Of a DNA stretch of 64,000 nucleotides, positions 37,518-50,656 are shown piece after piece (position 1 is the stretch's first letter; each line of letters opens with the position of its first letter). Position numbers and translations under genes: made by a program. This DNA is from Octopus vulgaris (lineage: Eukaryota), in NCBI GenBank assembly GCA_951406725.2, contig OX597817.1, positions 32,984,001 to 33,048,000 of the forward strand, given 5' to 3'. The notes beneath the pieces were generated by a model. It ran no database searches, had not been told where the DNA came from, and saw only the letters and a program-made list of their open reading frames with translations.

Positions 37518-39013
37518 GTCAGTATTTATTGGTTATGTATTGTAAATGTGTGTGTGTGTGTGTGTAGTCACTGTATCTCTCAATGAAACTGGATTTGATA
37601 GTTTAAAGTAACCTTTTCAGGGTCTGCAGTTGAATCATTCAAATCTTATGTTTCACTACTTTTTGATTGAGTTACTAATTAACTTAATGTGGTGCATGAA
37701 GTCTTGTAAGTTGGCTTTTCATTTGAAAACCTGTTAGAATAGTCTCAGGCTTAGAGAGTTCTGATAAGTCTTGCTGCAGGTTTCTTTGAATACATGTCCT
37801 TCAAATTTGGTGACGAGAAAATCTTTCAGCTGTAATAATTACTTCAACAAATCTATGAATGAAACAAAAATTGCCAGAACAATATTTTCTAATAAAATAT
37901 TAATTAAAAAAAAAAGTTCATATCTTCCAGAAAGTTCTAAATTCAAGGATATTTGTTTCAACAGCTGTGTTTTGTAGTATGGTGCAAGCCTCCCAAAGTG
38001 TTTTGATAACTATATATTAAGTCCCTGGTTAGTACACCCATCTCTGCACTTTGTTTTCCTGATTCCCAGTATGACCAATAGCAGTGTGTCAGTGTGTCCC
38101 AATGGACTATTTCTAATGTGTATCTAAGTATAATTATATACTGTATTTGGGAATTCCAGAACAGTCTGTATTCAGTGTACCAATGTCCTCAGATAAATCT
38201 GTATGCAGTATTCCCATATCCACTAGAGTATTCTGTAAAAATTTAATGTGTCTATCTCTCCTGGAAAATTCTTCATGCAATCAGTTCTTTAACTGAATGA
38301 TCTGTAAGTAGGTTCATAAAAAAAAAAGTAAAATATGTTTTACTGCACTCATCTTGCAGATTTTTCTAAAATGTGCCTTTAATATATTATGCCCATGTTA
38401 CATGAATGTGTTTAACATTATATCTCCTTCCCATAAAAAATAAAGTCCTTAATGTGCACAGGTATTACAATCTATATCTGTTCCTTATATGTTGTTGTTT
38501 AACCCAAGTCAACCCTGATTGAACCAATCTGTGATCAGATGCATTTCTCTCACGAGCATCCTGTGATTTTAATGAGACCTAAGACCACATTATCCAATAT
38601 ACCCTTCCTTTTTTCCAGTTAGTAGCATGTGATTTGGATATTATTTCTAACCACAAATTCGTCAAGAGGTTTTTTTTTGGAGGCTTTCGCTTTGGCATCT
38701 CTCACTATATGTGTCAAAGTGCAGTAAATCATGTGTCTGTGCATGCATTTCAAAATGTTATTTTTTTTTTTATGAATTGTTGAGATCCAATATACAAGAG
38801 GATGAAAATCTGAAGTATGAGATATTAACTCACAAAATGCCTCTTTTGTAACCATAGCAATATAAATTATTCTGGTAATAAGGTTCATTGTGTCTCGCTT
38901 ATTTCTAAGTGTTCTTTCAGACATGATGACTACATCTTCACTTCTCTTTTCTTTCTTCTTTCTCTCTCCCTCCTCCTCTGTCCTTCACTTTCTCTCTCCT
39001 CTTTTCTCTGTAG

Positions 39014-39660
39014 CTCTCTCGCTCTTGCACACTCTCACTCTTGCACACTCTCACTCATGCACACTCTCACTCATGCACACTCTCACTCATGCACACTCTC
39101 ACTCATGCACACTCTCACTCATGCACACTCTCACTCATGCACACTCTCACTCATGCACACTCTCACTCTTGCACACTCTCACTCATGCATACTCTCACTC
39201 ATGCATACTCTCACTCATGCACACTCTCACTCATGCACTGTCTCACTCGTGCACTCACTCACTCTCTCACTCATCCACTCACTCCCTCATGCACTCTCTC
39301 TCACACTCATGCAGTCACTCACTCACTCTCTCTCACTCATGCACTCCCTATCACACTCATGCACTCTCTCTCACTCATGCATTCTCACTCATGCACTCAA
39401 TCACTCACTCACACTCACTCACTCACTCTCTCTCACCCATGCATTCTCTCTCACCCATGCATTCTCTCTCACACTCACTGCATTCTCTCTCACCCATGCA
39501 TTCTCTCTCACTCATGCATTCTCTCTCTTTCATGCACTCTCTCATTCACTCTCTGTCTCATACTCTCTCTCTCTTTCTCATGCACTCTCTCTCACTCACT
39601 CTCATTCACTCTCTCAGTCGCGCTCTCTCTCTCTCTCTCTCTCTTACACATTCACTGTCT
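39014..39660. repeat. 16-bp minisatellite (CACACTCTCACTCATG)n decaying into a CA/CT low-complexity tract
   Basis: Directly visible. Explains the spurious HSHS/LTH ORFs. Confidence 0.95.
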
Positions 39661-41696
39661 CCTCTCATTTCACTCTCTACGCAAATGTTTGCAGTTTGTT
39701 TGAGTGTGTGTGTGTGTGTGTGTGTGTGTGTCTATTTTTTGTCTGCCCTTCTGCTTGTTTGAAGTAGGCATTTCCATGAGAGTTCAGTTTTTTAAATCAA
39801 GGAAATGACTCTTGTTTGGGGAATATTGTCTATTGGCTGCACCAATAATGAGTCAAACGGAAGAAACATGAAGTGTCTTGACAGAGAAAGCCTACTTTTA
39901 CGTTGGATGTTAACAGGCTCTTCATGATGTGTGTTTGGTCAAGCGGTTCTAGGATGGTCAAAGCTTGTACTGGACCTCAAAAGCTACTTTTATGAAGAGA
40001 TAAACTTAGTGTTACTTATATTTAAAAGAAAAAAAAAATTATAAACATTTGCGTGTTTCAGTATTCAACAGTTTATCTGGATTTTTATCAATTCTTAGCT
40101 TTCAATTTGAAATGGGAAAATGTTTAAAAGTGCAATAGAAATTTTTAACTGTTTTGGCTGTAACATTTTAGCTGTTAGCTTCAGCTTAACTGAAGCAATA
40201 TGCAGTTTCTGGGTACTTAACTGATTAATTACAATAACAATGGAAATATTCTGACCACTGTTTTTGTGACCTATTTGGAGCAGCAAAGATAATAAATTGG
40301 AAGTAGTTTTAGAGAGATGAATTTTGAACAATGACTGGTAAGTAATGTGTTTACACTTTAAATCTGTTCAGTATTAATAGCCATAAGTTAATTATGTTAG
40401 AATTTCATGACCCAGTTTTTATTTAATTTTATAGCAACAAACACACATATATATACACACACACACAAACATATGCACACACAGGCACACATACACGAAA
40501 AGTTTTATAAATTTGTTATTAATCAATATCGGTAATAAACATTTATAACTGTAAATATGTTTAGTATTACTTTGTGTGTAGTTTTAGTTTTCTTTCACCA
40601 CTCCCCTTTCTTGCTAAGGAAAAACAGTTTGGGTGACTGAAGTATATACATCATTTCACTTCCTCTTAGTAGCTTTTCTGAAATGTTTTCTTAGATAGTA
40701 ATCAAATATTTGATACAGAAAATGTATACATTCCCATTAATAGCCTTGTTTTTCGCATGAAGTTACTCTGTGATAGAACTATTTGAAGTATAAACAAACT
40801 TCGTGATTTTCAGAAAATTAAAATCTCAGCTTGTAAAACATTTGTCTAAAGTTGGAGCCATTACATAACATTTTTGTCTTGAAAATTTTAAAATTTTAGT
40901 CTTTTAAGAGGTTGATCAAAAGAATTTGAAATTACTGTACAGCTGTCTTGATCAAAATTCTTTTGTTTATTCTTGTAGTCTTTTTTACTGTTTCTCAATT
41001 ACTTTCACACTGAATTGGGGTGGTTGGGTTAATATTATTATCAAACAATTGTTTTGCTTTAATTCTTAACATTAAGATATTTGTTGTTGTTACTACTACA
41101 ACAAGCCTAAACTGCGAATCCCATATATATATATATAGTCTTGAACTGTATCAGTCCTGATCAAACATCAAACAGATCTATCTGTGATCAAAGGCATTCC
41201 AGCCATTTCCATCACAGCTTCTTAAAATCTAGGACTACATTATCTAAAATATTCTTTCTTTCTTTCTTAAATATGGTAGAGTGTGATTTAAAATAGATTT
41301 GACTGTGATTTCTAGTAGGTTAAGCAACTACAGAGAAGTCCTCTTGTTGACTCATCAGGTTATTGGCAAGTGTATAATTGTTTAAAAGTTTATATAGTCT
41401 TCTGAGTTGTTGGATCCTGTCCAGCTAAGCCTATGCATGCCAGTAAGAAAAACATGAAAAATGATAATAATAATGGTGATCTCTATATAGTTTTTAATCA
41501 ACACTTTCCACCCTTCGTATCCTGTTTTCATACTTATATTCCTTTTTACTTATTTTCTTACCTCCCTTTCTTACTCTCATCATTTAATGATAATGAAATT
41601 TTACTTCTAACTATGGTCTTTATCCTTTCTGCATCATCGCTTCAATAATCTTTTATTTTTCATAATCTGTGTGTGTGATTGTCATATTTTGCTTAG

Positions 41697-41738
41697 GTCA
41701 AATTAAATTCCCCTGACTACCGGCATCCTCATCGTCAG
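41697..41738 (+). CDS. RAPGEF2: Candidate 42-nt in-frame cassette exon (VKLNSPDYRHPHRQ) of RAPGEF2/6
   Basis: ttttgcttag| acceptor and CAG|gttaaa donor (moderate strength). 14 codons, phase 0-0, no stop. Two CpGs in an otherwise CpG-depleted intron. Lies between two phase-0 junctions. Confidence 0.35.
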
Positions 41739-43237
41739 GTTAAAAGAAAATGTTCAATCAATAAAATATATTTTTAATAATTTATTATTACAGAAATTGA
41801 ACACACCCCACTTTTCTACAAATTATATCCTTATACTACTTGTTTCTGACTTAATTATCTTGATTGATAGTTAACCAGTCTTGATATTAATAACATTAAC
41901 AAAAGTAGAATTACTTTTCGAAGGTGTTTTAAACCTTTTCAGTACCATCTCTCATACTATCAATTGTTTTGTAATATCTGTAAGAAGGTCAGAGTGTTGA
42001 AAGCTTACATACATTTACAATTTTTGAATTAGTTGTTGATTTTCAAATGGATAAATAGTACTGTTAAAATTGCCTAAGTGATTTGCTACTTGTAATTGTG
42101 TGTGTGTGTGTGTGTTTGGAGGGGGGGCATGGCTATGTTAAGTTTACTCTGCACCAGTGTGGTTTCAGATTGAGCTCTATTGCACAACACCTAGGGCAAA
42201 AGCCTGCTACTATAGACTCCAGCTAACCAATGCTGCATAAAGAAAGTTGGTAGAAGGGAACTGCAGGAAGTCTATTGTAGATGTGTGCATGAATGTTTAT
42301 ATTATGCTTATCACTGCTTTCTTTTTAGATACATTTCTTTTTGGTACTTTGATTTGCTACTCTGCACTTTCAAAAACTTTCAGAATAAAGAAACCCCTTA
42401 TCTGGAAAAACAAGTAAGGGTTTGTGGCAGGAAGAGCACCCAGCCATAAAATCCTGTTTCAATTAAATCTCCATCCAAACTCCTGCTAGCAGGGAAAATT
42501 GAACATTAAGCAAAAGAAAGAAAGATATATGTATAATTTGTGTTTACGTATACTATAGAAAAACAATTGTTAATTGAAATTTTAATGAATACATTTAAGT
42601 GATCATCATCATCACATGGAATTTATTTTTACAAAGAAAAGGCTGACAGTGACTTTGAACTTTCTCTGACTATTAGTTTTATCAGGTAGTCTGACAAAGG
42701 CATCAGTTGGCAAATTTCTAAGTCACTGTTGAGTTTCCTTATGGGTATGTGAATATATATATATGAATACTCTCAAGATGTGAATCAAAAAATCATGATT
42801 CAAGTATGAGAATAATAGACAAAGTCCATTTTGAAAATGGTGCAAAAGCAGTATTATGCTTGACATTCCAAGTGCATGCAAAAGACAAATACATATAAAA
42901 AAAATTGAGACACAATTTTAAGCCGGTCTATTATTCTCTTTTACTGTTCCTGCCAATATCTATTTAGCTTAAAGGCAGTGAGCTGGCAGAAATGTTAGCA
43001 TGCTGAGCGAAATGCTTAGCAGTATTTTGTCTGTCTTTACATTCTGAGTTCAAATTCTGCTGAGGTCAGCTTTGCCTTTCACCCCAGATATACAATACAT
43101 TTGTTGATGTCTTCAGCTACTGTTTTTATAGCAAGCTGAACAATTGCAGCAAATCTGTGAAGGAGGGTCTATCTGGATGGAAACCATGCTAAGTACCACT
43201 TACTAACAGGATGCCTGCACCTATAGTCAGGAAACTA

Positions 43238-43600
43238 TAGGAGCAGACCTGGCTGTAGTAAAAAAGCTTGCTTCTCAACCACATGGGTTCAGTCCCTCTG
43301 TATGGCACTTTGGGCAAGTGTCTTCTTTATCATTGGGCCAATCAAAGCCTTGTGAGTAGATTTGGCAGATGGAAATTGAAAAAAGCTCATTGTGTGTTTA
43401 TCCCTCACCACCACTTGACAACTGTTATTGGTGTGTTTATGTCCCCTGTAACTTAGCAGTTCAGCAAAGAAAACTGATAAAGTAAGTACCAGGTTTTAAA
43501 AAATTAGTACTGTGATTGATTTGTTCTACTAAATTCTTCAAGGTAGTGCCCCAGCATGGCTGCAGTCTAATGACTGAAACTAGTAAGAGGTAAAAGATAA
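43238..43600 (+). mobile_element. SINE family B
   Basis: Similar head, CORE-like segment and tail. Confidence 0.75.
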
Positions 43601-44498
43601 ACTATCAGTGACTGTTACTGCACTCCTCCACATTTTATCTATAGTAAATATTACATCTTTTATATCAGTGTAACTGGCGGCTACTTCTTGCTTTATGAAA
43701 AGTTGCAATTTTGAGAACCAGCATAGCTATTTTGAATGTGTACAGTTAGTTACAGGGAACACTGAAATGTTCATGTAGTATTAACTTACTTTGTGAGGAT
43801 CTGTAGTAAATGCACCTTTTCCCTTAATGTCTTTTTTGGAATTCCCTTAAGCTGCTTCTTTTGTCAGTCTGTCAAAAACCTTAACATGAATTTTTGTTTT
43901 CTGTAACCCTGGTGTCCTATATTCCTTTTTTCATTTTCGTAGAAGCACTCCGTTTTATTTTCAATGTTTGACTGACATTGGATTTTTCTCTTAATAGATT
44001 GTCGGTTTTATTGATTTGAGATACTTTTTCTTTATCTGATGGGAATTTTTATCCCTGGAGATATTTTTGGGATCATTGGTCTTATTTGCTAGAATATATT
44101 TAATGCATGTAGCTTGTATTGTTGACATAAATGACTTCAGTTTCATGTTATGCTTCTCATAGAGAAACTTTTGATTTAATTTCATATTCTTTTCCTTTTA
44201 ATCCCCACTGAATTAATATCTGGTAATCCTTGTAGAAATTTAGTTTCAGCAGATTTGGGGTTGCTTTCTGTCAGATACTGAACTACGAAATCTTGTGGAA
44301 TATACATTGTTCAGTGTATTGTAGTTAAATAAACTGTTGGAATAATTTCAAACTGTAGATGCATTCTATATTATTTGGAAGTAGAAATATAGCGTTTAAC
44401 TGTCTGTTTGGACAATAAATTCATTTATCCCATGAACAACAGCATGTTCATGAGATCAGGTGAAATTTCTGCTTGGTGGTTGTGATGGTGATTTTACT

Positions 44499-45834
44499 GA
44501 GCTAGAGAAGAAGTCCAAGGTATGGAAGCAAGGTCTAGACTCAAAGGGCCTTAGAGTTAACTAGCAAAAACCAAAGTCATAGTAAGTAGGAAGGCAGACA
44601 AATCACAAATCCCTTCAGGTAGATGGCCCTGCTCAATCTGTAGAAAATGTGTAGGTAGAAACCCCATAAAATGCACCCAGTATAAGCATTGGACGCATAA
44701 AAGGTGCAGCAACAGCAGAGGAAGGTTAACAAGGAAACTAACTTTTGTTTGTGGAAGGTGCACAGGTACAATAAATGCTGAAAATGTGCAGAAAATAGAC
44801 TCTATCAACTGCCAGGGAAGCAAGCTAGAGGTAGTAAATAACTTTCGTTATCTAGGTGACAAAATTAGTAGTGGAGGTGGATACTCCAGGAGCGTAGCTG
44901 TGAGAATAAGATTAGGCTGGGCAAGTTCAGAGAGCTTCTACCCCTGCTGGCAACAAAGGACCGCTCTCTCAGAGTGAAAGACAGTTTGTTTGATGCCTGC
45001 GTGCAAACAGCTATGCTGCATGGCAGTGAAACATGGCTATGACAGCTGAGAACATGCGTAGGCTTGAAATAAATAAAACTAGTATGCTTTGCTGGATGTG
45101 CAATGTCAGTGTGCATGTTCATCAGAGTGTAAGTATCTTGAGAGAAAAGTTAGGCACAAGAGGTATCAGATGTGGTGTGCAAGAGAGACGACTGTGCTGG
45201 TATGGTCATGTGATATGTATGGATGAGGACAGCTGTGTAAAGAAGTATTGATCTCTAACTGTGGAGGGAACCTGTAATGGAGGTAGATCCAGGAAGACCT
45301 GGGACGAGGTGGTGAAGCATGGTCTTTGAACTTTGAGTCTTACAGAGGCAATGACTGGTGACTGAGACCTTTGGCAATATGCTGTGCTTCAGAGGACTCA
45401 TCAAGCCAAGTGCACATAAGGTGGCACATAAGGAACACCTTTTGAATGTTGGGTCTCATGGAGGCAAACTGGCTGAGTTCCTCTTGAGTGTTGGGCCTAA
45501 TGGAGGCAATGACCAAGACCTTTGGCATTATATTGTGCTTGAGAAGAAGATCCATCAAACTGAGCAAAATCACAGTCATGGCAGATACTAGTGTCATGCA
45601 AATTGGCACCTGTGCAAGTGACATGTAAATGCATCCTGTCACACAAATGGCACTTGTGCTGGTGGCACATAAAAACACCAATTACACTCCCAGAGTGGTT
45701 GGCTTTATGAAGGGCATCCGCCCGTAGAAAACCATGCCAAATAAGACTGAGTCTGGTGCAGCCATCCAGCCTACCAGCCCAGTGAAACAGTCCAACATAT
45801 GCCAGCATGACCAACAGACATTAAATGATGATGA
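44499..45834 (+). mobile_element. 5'-truncated, frameshifted RTE-clade LINE: C-terminal RT, PHD-finger insert, thumb, 3' UTR and (GAT)n tail
   Basis: Translation fragments WKQGLDSKGLRVN..KTKVIV, LEVVNNFRYLGDKISSGGG..VAVRIRLGWA, MLHGSETW, and LREKLG..IRCGVQERRLCWYGHV..GGRSRKTWDEVV are typical of the RTE ORF C-terminus. Confidence 0.9.
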
Positions 45835-47594
45835 ATCTTGATATCTGATCATTGGAATTTAGGAACAATGAAGTCTTTTAAAAGGAATAAATTAGTTTGT
45901 TGATCTAGTTCGGTTAATTTCTATCTTTTTAAGTGACACCCCTTAAGGTTTATGCCATGATTTGAGGCATCTCGGGGAAACTATACAATAATTTGTACAT
46001 ATCACTTTGTGAATTGTTTTATATGTACTTGTGTGGCAACAGAGCTAAGGGTTTGGTATTTTCATTGATCTATATGGAAATTTTACCATGATTTCTTTCC
46101 TGTCAGTATGGAAGGAAAAATACTTTGAATTGTCTATTTCTGCATCTGTAGCAATTTTACTCTTATTACTCATCTGTAAAAAACTGTTCTGTTATGGAAA
46201 GGATGTATGGGATGGTCATTCTGGATTCATTTTGTTATAACCTTGTGTGTTGATGTGAGTAGTCTTGTGTCTGTTGTAACCAGGTCAGTCAGTGCAGTAA
46301 TGTCTTTCCCAGAATTTAAAATGTTGCTCATTGATCTGTTATTTTCTTAATACAAACAAATCACTATACCATGTCCTTGAGGGTGTGTATTGGCATCTGA
46401 TGTTCAGGTACTCTATATTTTTTCATTGACATTTTATAGAGGTGCCAGACTGTAGGTTAAACCTTTCTTGTATCCCTTAAGCACTTGCTGGGAATAATCT
46501 CCTCATTTCATATAATGAAGTTTGTGCTGAACATGGTGGCAGGTTATCTATTGAACAGTTATTTCTTATAAGTATTGAAGTTCTATAACTTGTCTTACTG
46601 TCATTTTTACATTGTATTAATGATGGTGATTGTTTGATTGTTGTTATGGCAGCAACGATTTATTTCTTCTTTGTGATTTTCATATTTTCTTTTGTGATTT
46701 CTGTTGTTGTTGTTTGTTATTTATTCTCTTCCCCCATCAATTCATCCCTAATTGGGATGGTTATTTATCAAAGACATCCCAGCCATAACCATTCTCTTTT
46801 TCCTTCCACATAGTAGGAACCCAAGTTCATAGTGTCCAATATATGATTTGAAAGAGAGATTTAGTTGCTATTTTCAACAGGTTAAATGATTATATATAAA
46901 GATTCCCTCCTAAGCTTGTTCTATTACTGTTGCTTGTTTTGGTGGGGATAGTGTTTGTGATTGTGCATCAGATCTTGATATCATTGTTGGCATCATTCTC
47001 ACTTGAAGCCTCTTTTAAGTCTTGAAGTGTTGAATTGATCAGCTAGTGTGTGGTTCCAATCGGATGGTCATAGTAAGTAATAGGTAAAAAAAAAGAAAGG
47101 TAATATTTTTAATTCCATGCTGTTTCATTACAGGATGAGAATTACAAAGTATACACATGTAGAAAATGTATGGTATCTCCTATCTGTAATTCTCAAGACA
47201 AAATAAAGCATCTGTATACATACATTTGATTACTGGAATGGGCAGATGTGCTTCACAAGGACAAAGCTTGGATTATAATCCCTTATCTCTCTCTTTCTCT
47301 TTTTACACACACACACACACAAACACACACACTATGACAAGCCTTGTAAATGAATAGATGGGAAGGGTGACAATCCCTTTTGCAAAGACTGTGCCTGTAA
47401 TTCAAAGGCCAAACTCTTCATACACTGATATTGATTACCTTAAGGAGAGAAGTGTCTGTGGAATACTCAGCCACTTACACTACAGTACAATTAATAGGGT
47501 GTTCAATTGTTTGAACAACTTGATGACTAATTGTTGAAACTGATGGAAATTACTCTGTGTGTGTGTGTGTGTGTGTGTTTGTGTGTGTATGTAA

Positions 47595-47965
47595 AATTTC
47601 TCTCATTAGACTGTGGCCATGCTGGGGCACTGCCTTGAAGAATTTTGATTGAATAAATCGACCCTAGTACTTTTGTTTGTTTGTTTGTTTGTAAGCATGA
47701 TACTTATTCCATTGATTTCCTTTGCTGAATTGCTAAGTTACATGGCCATAAATGCATCAACGCTGGTTGTCAAGCAGTGGTGGGAAACACACAAACACAC
47801 ACATGACAGGCTTCTTTCAGTTTCCATCTACCAAACCCACTCACAAGTCTTTGGTGAACCCGAGACTATAATAGAAGACACTTGCTCAAGGTGCCACACA
47901 GTGTGACTGAACCTGGAACCATGTGGTTAGGATGCAAATTTCTTACTACACAGCCATGCCTGTGT
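47595..47965 (-). mobile_element. SINE family B
   Basis: Same orientation and sequence as 10707-11082. Confidence 0.75.
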
Positions 47966-49434
47966 AGTAAGAAGTTTAGTATAGCGGGTATATACACTAT
48001 ATTAGCCCCTTGCTTAATAGTGCTATTCAGTGTTCAAATGTTGATAATTTCTGCATTTGTCATCATTCCGAACAATTAACTATAAATAAGATGTTATTTA
48101 AAGAAGATGATGGTATTTTTTCACAATTTATTTTCTATTTCATTTACATAGTGCACTATATATTTCCTTTCCTTTTTTTTAAAAAAATCACTTTTAACTT
48201 CAGATTTTCTTCTATGCCTGATTTAATGCATGTAATTTCTGGGAAAGTAATTTTTCAGCTTGTGTGTGTTTCACCAAACATTAAACATTTGCCAAACTGA
48301 TGTTGATTTAAACTTAGAACGCTAGAGTATCTGAAGTTACTTTGTACTGATATAACCTTAGTCAGGTTCTCTCATATGCAATTTAATCTTAATGCTTTTT
48401 TATTATTGTATTTCTTGGTTTCTTTCCACATTATCCATATGAGCATAGTTTTAATTATCTGCCTTACACGAGTACTTTAGGAAAATATTTTATGAATGTA
48501 TTCCCTGTGCAGTACTTTTTGCATCATTGATTGGTAGAAATGTTTTAAGCCAATATTGCTAAAAAGTGTAATTAAAAAAAAAATGCTTCCAATGTAAAAT
48601 TTTACAACAGCTGTATTTAGTAAGATTAGAACTCCTGACTTAGTATTGATTACCCAGTTAAAAAAAGTATAAGATAATATTGGATACTGCATTAACAATA
48701 ATTTTCACTTGTAATTGGAATGCATATCAAGATCATTAAGCAATTTTTATCCACTTTTAGCTTAAAATGTTAACTTTGAGAAACTGATTTTTTAAAAATA
48801 TGTACAGAACCTAATTAGCCAAGATAATTTCTATTTTGGCTGATTCATCCTTTTACTGTTAGTAACTTTCTTTCTTAATCATGTTGGTAGTCAGGATAGA
48901 TTTCTATCTGAATTATGTTGTAAACCCCTACATATAATCGGTTTGTTAAAGATAGAATAAGCAAGCTCAATTCATATGAGAGATGCAAGGAATTTATTGT
49001 ATTCTGAACCAGAAGTAAAGCCAAAGATATTTTACTGAATCAACACAGCCTAGAACTCTTCAAATGACATCTGCTGTGAGAATTTAAGAATTTAGCTTTA
49101 TTTCGTCAGAGTTAAGATTCATGCTTATAACAAATGTTCAGAATGAGATGAAATAAACCTTCCATAGGTATATTAGATTTAATCTATCTCTCTGGAGAAG
49201 TATGTGTGCAAAATAAATATAGAAATGTTATTCCTTAGCAATTAACACTTTGGCTTTGCTGTTAATTATACTCCAACTCCTATATTGAAGTGTAAATACT
49301 TCCACATACTTACTTGATTCACACATTTGCTTTATTCAGGAATTTTCAGAGGTGCAAATTGGAGAAGAACTTAATGTGGTTTATCTTGATTTCTTAGTGG
49401 CTGTAATTGTGAATTATAATGAAATTTAACCATA

Positions 49435-50000
49435 ATCATCGCTTAACGTCCGCTTTCCATGCTAGCATGGGTTGGACGATTTGACTGAGGACTCACGAAC
49501 CAGATGGCTGCGCCAGGCTCTAATCTGATCTGGCAGAGTTTCTACAGCTGGATGCCCTTCCTAATGCCAACCACTCTGAGAGTGTAGTGGGTGCTTTTAA
49601 AGTGCCACTGGCATGAGGGCCAGTCTGGTGGTACTGGCAACGGCCACGCTCGAAAATGGTGTTTTTTACGTGCCACCTGCACAAGAGTCACTCCAGCAGC
49701 ACTGGCAACGACCTTGCTCTAATGTTTTGTTCACGTGCCACCAGCACAAGTGCCAGTGAGGCGACGCTGACAATGATCATGCTCAAATGGTGCTCTTTAT
49801 GTGCCAGACAGCTGCTCTGGCAGTGATCCCACTTGGATGGAGCTGTTGGCACTCCACTGGCACAGGTGCCAGTCATCGAATTTGGTTCAATTTCGATTTC
49901 ACTTGTCCCAACAGGTCTTTGAAAGCAGAGTTTAGTGTCCAGTGTAGGGAGGTTGGCATGGGTGCCAGTCGACAAATTTGGTTCGATTTTGATTTCACTT
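49435..50000 (-). mobile_element. RTE LINE 3' end / GAT-tailed element
   Basis: Begins catcgcttaacgtccgctttccatgctagcatgggttggacg, the reverse complement of the RTE terminus. Shorter copies lie at about 6418, 13836, 14130, 27098, 33046, 54005, 55740 and 57408. Confidence 0.8.
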
Positions 50001-50386
50001 ACTGCTCGATCTTAGTTACTGCTCACATCAAATAATTGTTTCAAATTAGTACAAGGCCAGCAATTTTAGGGGCAAGGGAGTTAGAGGATTATATGTATCC
50101 CCAGTAGCTAAGAGGAAACTGGGTAATTGGGATGTTTGGAGGAGACTTGTTGTCCATTGTGCTGACAGTACTGGAAGATCTAAGAGAAGAGCTAAGAGCA
50201 ACAATATGAATATTCATTACATTGAGTACTTGTGATTTAAGAACAATTTGAAAATTTATTGAAATCTTTTTTAATGAATTTAATAAAATTATCAGTAAAA
50301 TATTTTGTTCAGTCCCTGTTTTCTATTTCTGAATTTAACTATTATTAGCAGAAAAATGATTTTTGAAAATTTTTTTTTTTTTTCAG

Positions 50387-50656
50387 ATTGGTTATCCTGA
50401 TGTTCACCTTCTGAAAGGTGGATCCCAACAACAACAACAACAACAACAGCAACAACCACTACAGCAGCAACAACAACAACAACAACATCATCAACAGCAG
50501 CAGCAGCAACACCACCAACAACATCATCCCCACCACCAACAACAACAACGGCACGGTGGAGGTGCCATTATGAATGTACCTCCAGAGCATTCTGTGGCTG
50601 GAGTTGACCCCAATATGAAGTTTAATCGAATGCATTCCGACTCTAGCACTGACCAA
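50387..50656 (+). CDS. RAPGEF2: Internal coding exon of RAPGEF2/6 containing a polyQ/polyH low-complexity tract
   Basis: Acceptor (t)n-cag|, donor |gtaagt. 270 nt, phase 0-0, open frame IGYPDVHLLKGGSQQQ...HGGGAIMNVPPEHSVAGVDPNMKFNRMHSDSSTDQ. The junction EPSEMIV|IGYPDV resembles the family's EPSEMIVVDY. Confidence 0.85.

Noticed and set aside
38890-39767. 220-290 aa His/Ser/Leu/Thr-rich ORFs in three frames
   Set aside because: All three frames are open because the 16-bp minisatellite lacks stop codons.
47134-47148. 15-nt AG/GT-bounded in-frame segment (DENYK)
   Set aside because: The donor AAA|gtatac is very weak; likely chance.
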